From positions 1-15,259 of the forward strand of contig CDMY01000854.1 of NCBI GenBank assembly GCA_001179505.1: DNA of 15,259 bases, in the 5' to 3' direction. The stretch is from Vitrella brassicaformis CCMP3155. Taxonomy: Eukaryota; Protista; Chromerida. Positions 8,701-15,259 of the stretch are shown here, piece by piece. The notes beneath the pieces are model-generated. The model saw only the letters and a list, made by a program, of their open reading frames with translations. It was not told the DNA's origin and did no database searches. Within the stretch, counting starts at the first letter, position 1. Every line of letters begins with the position of its first letter. The translations under genes and the position numbers were made by a program.

Positions 8701-11700
8701 AATCCTCACTCATCTGACACAGACGAAAGCATCGAAGAGGCTGCATCGTTCAGCTGTCTTGCATGCTTACCGCCTTCAGTGCATCGATGACCCTGTCTGC
8801 ACGCTGCCGTGCTGGCGATGCGGGATGAGGGACTGATGTAACGAAACAGTGGAATTGGCTTTTTCCTGTTTGCCGTTGGTCAGCTCACCTCTCGTCAGGC
8901 CTTCAATGAAAGGATACGGCACCGTCGGCCTGAACGTCGAGAGGCACACGTGATCATGAGACAACACGACTCTTCGTTCGGTCGCTTCCTGTGCCCACCC
9001 CGGCACACTTGTTAGTGCAGTTGTGTTGGTCTCGACCATCTCTGCCTCTTCGAATAGCGGCTGAAACTCCCACCCCAGCATCTCACCCCACGCCACACCC
9101 AACACCACCATGCTCACACCCAAGGCGATGTCATACAGCAGCCACCTAACAAGAGGGAGACAAAAGCGCAAGTACGAGAGAAACATCTCCGTCAAGCAGA
9201 TAAGCCTACAGGTCGATGTCGGCTCTGCGTGTGGCCACGAGGAAGATTTGCGTCACAAAGAAAATGGAGAATAGCACAAAGACGATCATCTGGAGGTACC
9301 AGAACTCTTCACGGGCCCCTGAAGGGAACGGCCAAAATCAAGCGGTGCGTGCGGCTCACACATCCACACTCGTACTTTCGGTCTTGACGGGCCTTGATGC
9401 AGCTGTGACACGAACACGTCCAGATGGCTCAAAGGCAAATGTCACCCCACTCCACACAAATTTCCTGATCATGCAACACGCAGGCAAACACAAATGCACG
9501 GACCATGTGGTCGTCTCTCACTGACCTGCCGTCGCCGTTGTACGTGGCCCACTCAATGTCGAGCACGCCACTCTGATGGTCCAGGAATAGCGGCGGTACC
9601 AGTCATTCAACGCGGCACCCATCGCTGTCACGTTGTCTTCTGGATGACGGATGCCAAACAACCAGCCAGCGTTCGCGGCCCCCCATGCAACTTGTGATGA
9701 ATTGTTTGTTGCCTACTTGCATTCAGATAAAGTCGGAAGTCCCAATGACTCAGCCTCAAACGAACCTCCATTTGGATCTCCATTCGTGCCCACGGCCGCG
9801 CCAGTACCACTGCCGTTCCCGGCGGCTGGTGAGTCATAGCCTCCATACGAGCTCGTGTAGACCAGCCACAGGGAGGGGCGACCGGCGCTCGCATGACTCA
9901 TGTCAGTCTTAACTCTGCGCACACACGCAATACATGAAGAGAGTAGCTATTGTTGCAGCCGAGCGCTTCGTTAACTACTTTGGTGTGTGCCCGTTTGTGT
10001 GCGGATTGGCATTGTCGATCAGCTTGTTGCGGATGAGGGTGAGACGGACCATGGGGTTGGTGAGAAGTATGTCGTGGCGGCTTGTGTCGTACTCTGGGTT
10101 GAGCAGGCGGGCAATCAGGTTCTGGTAGATCCACTGATATATGCCGTCGAGCGTCTGGACGTCCTGAGGCAATGCGAAGGAGAGACAGCTTTTACAACCA
10201 GATGTGTCTCGGTATCCAGCCCCACCTCTATGGTTTCCGTTCTCGGTCTCCAATCGTCCTCTTGTGCGTCGTATCCATCCCACACTTCTCCTTCTGATGC
10301 CCACTCACTCGGAAAAGCGGCTGTCCGGTAGTCGGCGAGGTTTGTGAAAGACGACCAGTCTACATCTGCATCGACCGCCAGAGAGCCATTGGCCTGTAGC
10401 ACGCGACGAGCCACGGCTTGGCCAGAGGACCCGGCAAACATGTCGGCAAGTGATCTAGGAAAGAGCAGCGGCACTATTCCGCCTGTCATTTGGTATTTGC
10501 AGGCCCTACTTTATCGGTTGGCGCTGTATGGGCGAAGAAGTGACGAAGGTTTCCTCAAAGACGCGGCTGCCGGCCCTTGTGAAGCGCAGCATATCTTCAT
10601 TGTCAATCTGCAGCACAACTGCCTCGAATGGATGAATGTGGCACGAAGGAAGGCCCACTCGTGCAGTCACTCACTTGCGACAAAGAAGAATGGCGCGAAC
10701 AGCAGGAAGAGGACCGCACTGACCCACAGGCCGCAATACTTGGCCTCTTCCTCCTTGACAAACTCATGCATCTGCATTCGAAACCGAGACACAGAGTCGA
10801 GCATCTGATCGTCTTCTATCTCGCATTGTCTCTTTCCCCCACCTTGAAGGCATCTTGTGTGTCGTATCTATGGTTTTTGCGCCACTTATATGCCTCCTCA
10901 GACACCTCTCCCATCCCCTCCGGCTCGTCGGGCCTGCCCAGCCCTTCCCAGTCCTCGCGGCCAACCACAGGCCGCCGACCCTCACTGGCCAACTTTGCCT
11001 GCCGCTCCAAGTCATCGTTCTTCTCAGGGTCCTTTTGAAAGCAGAATAAGGCATCCTCTTTCAGGCGGTTGAAACTCTGGGTGAGATAGCCCTCTGCATA
11101 AGGACACGGCAGCCTTAAGTTAAGATATAACGTGGCCAAGGTTGCTCTGACCTATGTCTGGGTCGGTGTGTGTCTCGGCGGCCTGGGTAAAGGCGAATAT
11201 GATAATGGCAATGAAGTAGGGCAGCAGGATGAACAGAAAAACGACGTAAAAGAGCACAGTGAAGACGATGGGGAACGCCGAGCTGTCAGCTTCGTTTTGC
11301 AAGAGAGTTCAGTAAGACGTGTCACTGCCTCCTGCCCGATCACCCAGCAGCATCCTGCGCACAACAACACATAGGAATGGCCGATTCCGACGCAGTCGCT
11401 TCCACAATGAGCCCCATCTTCTCACTTACGCGAAGAGGTTTGCATTGGCTGGAGCCACGGATGAGAACTCGTACACTTGAGAGCCAAACATGAAGAAGGC
11501 GAAGAACCCAAAGGCTAGCCATGCAGCGGTGAGTGCGATCATGAGCGGCACAAAGTTGGGCAGCGCCTTGCGGAACGTGTCAAGGATGAGACCCATGGCT
11601 GGATTGCAGTCGCATAGGAACGAGAGGGCGCGGAAGGCCATGACCAACAGAGTGATGCCGCTCCAGGCCTGCAGAGACAACCGAGACATGACATCCAGCA

Positions 11701-12919
11701 CGACGCTTCTGTGTTGAGTGTACCAGTAGGACACCGCTTGTGCTTGCAGTGACATCAAATGCGGTGAAAAGCACTCGTAGTGTCTCTGCATTGGCCTCAC
11801 GCAGGACGGCGGGGGACGGTAAAGTGGGCGGCAACAGAAAGAGCAGCATCAGAAACATGACCAAAATGCCTGGCGGGGTCAAGGAATAAGACGCATACTT
11901 GAGAAACCGTAATTACTCTCCTGTGTGATGGTCGATCATTTGTACCAAGATGAAGCACCTGGGGCACATACACTATGACCCTGCCGCGCAAATACTCCCT
12001 CATCGCGTCTTGGAACGACCAGTAGTCCCGCCACAGACGCATGACCAGCCAGATCTCAAGAAGCCAATAGAAGGCCACAAGAGCAAAATAGATAAAGCGG
12101 CAGATGTGGGCATCGAGGTTACGCGGATTGTCAAAGGTGATGGCGCGGAACAGCCAGCCGCTGCCGATTGGCCCGCACTGTGCCTCCAGAGCTCACTTGG
12201 AAGCGGTACTCCAGCTCAGAGAAGAGGTCAGTGTTGCCGTTGTAAAGGAAGACCACGAATCTTAGCGAGGCAGTAGTCTCCGAAAACCAGCCCTGGCTAT
12301 AGAGGCTGCCCAGCTGAGCAGTTAGACCCGGATCCCTCGGCCGCAGGAAAGCCGTGTTGTTGCGCGACGGCTGTGTCACGTTGGCGTCAGCCGTCGGCAT
12401 CCGTCCAGTTGTGTTGAAGGTAGGCGGCGCTTCGAGATAGACGGTAGGTGCTTGACTTCTCGCCGAGCCCTGCACGATGAAGAAGTACTTTCTGAAGGCC
12501 TCTGCAGGGTTGACAGGCCGCTCAAACTCCTTTCTGTCAAGCTGTGCGCCGATGATATCGTTGTACATGGCCAGATGCCCCCTCCTCATATGTGGTATCG
12601 CCACATAGGCCATCCAATCGAACACATCGGGCATCGTCTGCACTGTCAACCAGTCCCCGGAGGGCCTCCTTATCGACAGGGTCTCAAACGCGCGCGCCAG
12701 TGCGTCGAGCTGCTGCCCCTGATAGCCGATGTGGCTGTCGAGGAAGAGCGTGGCAGCGAAGATGGCGATGTAGAAGAGGTACAGGAAGCACTCCCTGCCG
12801 GGGTGATCTTTCTCATGCTGAGTTGCATAGAGCCGCGGAGGTTCAAACAGCTCAACGTCATCCTTCTCGTACTTCGCCTGACGGCCCTCATTGCTGTAGA
12901 TGAATTCTCTCTTCGCCAT
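5756..12919 (-). CDS. Polycystin-2/TRPP-like cation channel with two tandem 6-TM/TOP repeats and a coiled-coil/charged C-terminal tail; about 27 introns, roughly 1,800 aa (estimate); four frame interruptions, possibly a disrupted allele or pseudogene
   Basis: Hand-spliced exons give repeat 1: S1 ECFLYLFYIAIFAATLFLD, TOP GWFSETT..FLYNGNTDLF, S4-S5 FRALSFL..MGLILDTFRKALPNF, pore LFAMLLGD, S6 FLFILLPYFIAIII. Repeat 2: S1 LWVSAVLFLLFAPFFFVAIV, TOP IYQWIYQNLIARL..VRLTLIR and FLDHQS..IEWATYNG, S3 WLLYDIA, S4 VRFIKF, S6 FMFCVLALVIAILVDA. Splice phases stay consistent down to the stop at 5756. The start may be 12919 or 13039. Confidence 0.8.
6273..6325. repeat. 16-bp perfect direct repeat TTCATGCGCACCATTC (6273-6288 and 6310-6325) spanning a 5' splice site of the channel gene
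   Basis: Read directly; on the minus strand both copies read GAATG|GTGCGCATGAA. Confidence 0.85.
8200..10735 (-). other. Polycystin channel repeat 2 (S1-TOP-S2..S6), approximate bounds
   Basis: Six hydrophobic segments. The TOP segment YNGDGRKFVWSGVTFAFEPSGRVR aligns without gaps to repeat 1 YNGNTDLFSELEYRFQVSSGGTVR. Confidence 0.78.
11189..12793 (-). other. Polycystin channel repeat 1 (S1-TOP-S2..S6), approximate bounds
   Basis: Six hydrophobic segments, a long S1-S2 loop with the W..T.....YN.N TOP motif, and an LGD pore motif. Confidence 0.78.
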
Positions 12920-13287
12920 TATGCGCAGGACAACCTCGGGCTTGAAAGATTGTCCCAATAGAGACAAGCTTGTGAAAGAGAGAGAGCACAGAGAGAGACG
13001 CAGGCCGTCCGGGGAGACGACGGGGAAGGGATGCGCCAATCTGAGACGCCTCGGGAAGGGTCAAGAGCCGTCGGTGTTGGGGCCCAGTGCAAAGATGCAA
13101 GGAAAGATGACAGCTAGGCGGGGAACACGCGGACGAGCCTACGGGGGAGCGAGTTTCACACGCCGGGGGCCTGCGAGCTTAGCTAGCGATCCTGATGGAA
13201 AGGAAATCAGGTGGACGGGGCTACCTAGGCACCAAGCATCGAAAACACCGCCGCTGTTTCTGTCCAGAAATCGCTGGCTGAGAGCCG

Positions 13288-14728
13288 ATGCAGCTGTTTG
13301 TTTGTGGCGGCAATGATCGCCGCAGCGTAGTGCTGAATGTGCAGGCAGGGGAGAACGTAAGAACCGCCTCGCATCTATCCACTGCTCCCCACTTCGCATC
13401 TATGTGGTCACATGATTGCTGTATGTTGCAGATAGGTGAGGTGCTGAACAAGTATCAGCTCAAGGAAGGATTTCCTCCCGATGCGCTGCGTGTCACCTTT
13501 CAAGGGAAATTGGTCTGTTTGCGTCATCCATCATCCATCAAAGCTGCACGATGACGCATGAATGATGATGATGATGATGATGATGTGCGTGTGTGCGTGT
13601 GTGTGTGTGTCAGTTGGATCATGACAAGACCCTCGATTCTTACGGCATCAAACATGGCGACTCATTGAATGCCATTGTCACCAACAAGAAGAGATTCCGT
13701 GTTCCGCGTAAGTGGAGCTGCAATACACCCATTTGAATGAATGAGCATGACAAGAGCCGCTACCTTCCTTGATTTTCCCCCATCAGGGGACTTCTACTTT
13801 CCGAGCTCTGGCGGCAGGGAGGTCTGGCAGGCTGAGAGAGGGAGAGGCGTGCCTATGCGTGTACCGTGTGATGTGTTGCCCGTTCTCCCTATGTGTCAGG
13901 GTGTCGAGCTCACCATCTCTGAGTCCAGCCCAGAGAACCGCTACAGGCTGTCGCTGGCCATCAACAGAGGGCTCAAGGAGGTAAGTGTGGCCTGACCAAT
14001 GAGTGAATGATGAGAGAGGGGCCGGCCTGACATGAGCCGATCGGATGGTTTTAATGGTGTCGATTTATTTCTGCAGATGGTGCAGATCGTGGGCGCAGAC
14101 GGTGCAGAGCCGCGGGCAGGCCTGTTTGACATCAAATCGCATGACAAAGTATTCCAAGGTGCGCAGCCGACCAAGCTGCCGCCAGGAGGCAACTTTTGTC
14201 TGAAGATTTGCTTGTCTGTGTCTATGGTCGATCAATCAGTGGCCGAGTATTCGTTTAGCGATCTGAAGCCAGAGTTTGAGGGCGAACACAGCACGGTGGT
14301 CTCGATCTTGTCAAGTGTTGATATGAGCAGTGCGTCGTCTGTCCACGAGCGCCAGACGGCACTCATCGGCGACGCCGGTCGGAGGGAGGCCAAGTACCTA
14401 AATGCGCGCGCACAGCTGCGCAAGGTACGAAGACCAAAGCGAAATGCCAGCAAGGAGGAATGGATTTCGCTCTCGTGTGCTGGCTGGCTGTTGTCAGGCG
14501 AGGCAGACCATCTTGCACATGGAGCGTACGATCAGCGCGAGGGGCCGCACCATCGACGAGCAGCAGAGGGCCACGCAGGAACTGACCAACACCATCGACA
14601 TGAAGGACGGCATCATCCAAGAGCGCGACGCGGCCATCCTGTCCATCCAGGCTGACAACACGCGACTCGGCCAGCAGAATGCCACGCTGGAGGCAGAGCG
14701 GCTTCGTGGCGACCGCCTTGTGTGCTGA
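13288..14728 (+). CDS. Protein with an N-terminal ubiquitin-like domain (no C-terminal di-Gly), an unknown middle region and a C-terminal coiled coil; 8 exons
   Basis: Exons 13288-13356, 13432-13512, 13614-13707, 13787-13821, 13900-13980, 14077-14158, 14240-14424 and 14498-14728 are phase-consistent. The N-terminus MQLFVCGGNDRRSVVLNVQAGENIGEVLNKYQLKEGFPPDALRVTFQGKLLDHDKTLDSYGIKHGDSLNAIV follows the ubiquitin pattern. The tail is heptad-like (IDEQQRATQELTNTIDMKDGIIQERDAAILSIQADNTRLGQQNATLEAE). The 14159-14239 intron could be retained in frame. Confidence 0.8.
13562..13610 (+). repeat. (ATG)8 followed by an imperfect (GT)n tract ending at an intron acceptor
   Basis: Read directly; intron 2 of the ubiquitin-like gene, with CAG at 13611-13613. 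Confidence 0.95.
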
Positions 14729-15259
14729 ACATGCTCTGGGCCACCTGCAAGCGACTGACGAGGACGCGCTGCCAGGAGATGAAGCGGATCAGTTTGTCCA
14801 GGGCCTGAATCGCAGTTGGCGTGGTTGTGTTGGCTGAGGCCTCAAGGATCTGTATGGCGCCGTCCAGGTCCATCGAAGGAGAGGGGACCTGAGGCTGCTG
14901 GAGGGATCTGCAGGAAGTGGCGATGGCCTTGTTGTTGATCTCTATCATGTGGCTGGTGAGCGCAGCCAGCTGCGGGCCCGTCAGATGGTCATGAGCGAAT
15001 TCAAGGGGCAAACCTGCGAACACACACGGACAGCAATGCGGCTGCGTGAGGGTGTTCTGTCGACGAGTACCCTTATTGCCACAGGGACCGTAAAGGAACG
15101 CCATGGTGGGTCCGCCGGACACTATGCAGCCTATGCAGCCTATGCAGCCTATGCAGACTAGACACGTCACATATCCACACGAGGCGGGCGCCAGCGTAGA
15201 TCTCGTCGCTGCAGACAGAAGCCAATGGATGTGGTGCTGATAGAATCAAGGGATCGGTC
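14613..15259 (-). CDS. 3' portion of a spliced hypothetical protein gene running off the window edge
   Basis: A strong acceptor (gtgtgttcgcag, near 15017) precedes an open, coding-like exon (LPLEFAHDHLTGPQLAALTSHMIEINNKAIA...ALDKLIRFISWQRVLVSRLQ). Small upstream exons are plausible (DEIYAGARLVWI; SGGPTMAFLYGPCGNK). No family was recognised and the 3' end is uncertain. Confidence 0.5.
15122..15156 (+). repeat. 9-bp tandem repeat (CTATGCAGC) x about 4
   Basis: Read directly; the minus strand reads (GCTGCATAG)n. Confidence 0.95.

Noticed and set aside
9691-9765. Apparent premature TAG at 9713-9715 in the channel
   Set aside because: Removed by a normal 75-nt phase-1 intron (9765-9691) giving DPNGVAWGAANAGWLF, so it is not counted as a lesion.
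12452-13316. Plus-strand ORFs of 138-169 aa
   Set aside because: Antisense shadows of the GC-rich first channel exon and promoter region.
1-15259. CRISPR arrays, tRNA/rRNA, transposase or RT ORFs, dinoflagellate spliced-leader relics, stop-codon reassignment
   Set aside because: None recognised. TGA and TAG serve as normal stops in the intact neighbouring genes, which argues against genome-wide recoding as the cause of the channel's internal TGA.

Overview
Intron-rich eukaryotic nuclear DNA with short GT-AG introns (mostly about 55-100 nt) that often carry (TG)n, (TCTG)n or (ATG)n tracts. It also carries genes with signal peptide + Phe plastid-type leaders. Together these point to a chromerid such as Vitrella brassicaformis (inference only). 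Six protein-coding loci were spliced by hand. (1) A GATD1/PDDC1 homolog of the DJ-1/PfpI superfamily, + 673-2072. (2) An Fe(II)/2-oxoglutarate dioxygenase with a bipartite leader, - 2650-4530. (3) Head-to-head with it, about 207 bp away, a membrane-anchored rubredoxin with a bipartite leader, + 4738-5497. (4) A roughly 7.2 kb, roughly 27-intron gene for a polycystin-2/TRPP-type channel built from two tandem 6-TM + TOP-domain repeats plus a coiled-coil tail, - 5756 to about 12919. Its reading frame breaks at four places. (5) A ubiquitin-like + coiled-coil protein, + 13288-14728. (6) The 3' part of an unknown minus-strand gene at the right edge. No RNA genes, CRISPR arrays or mobile elements were seen. 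All exon structures and alignments were made by eye; no searches were run.
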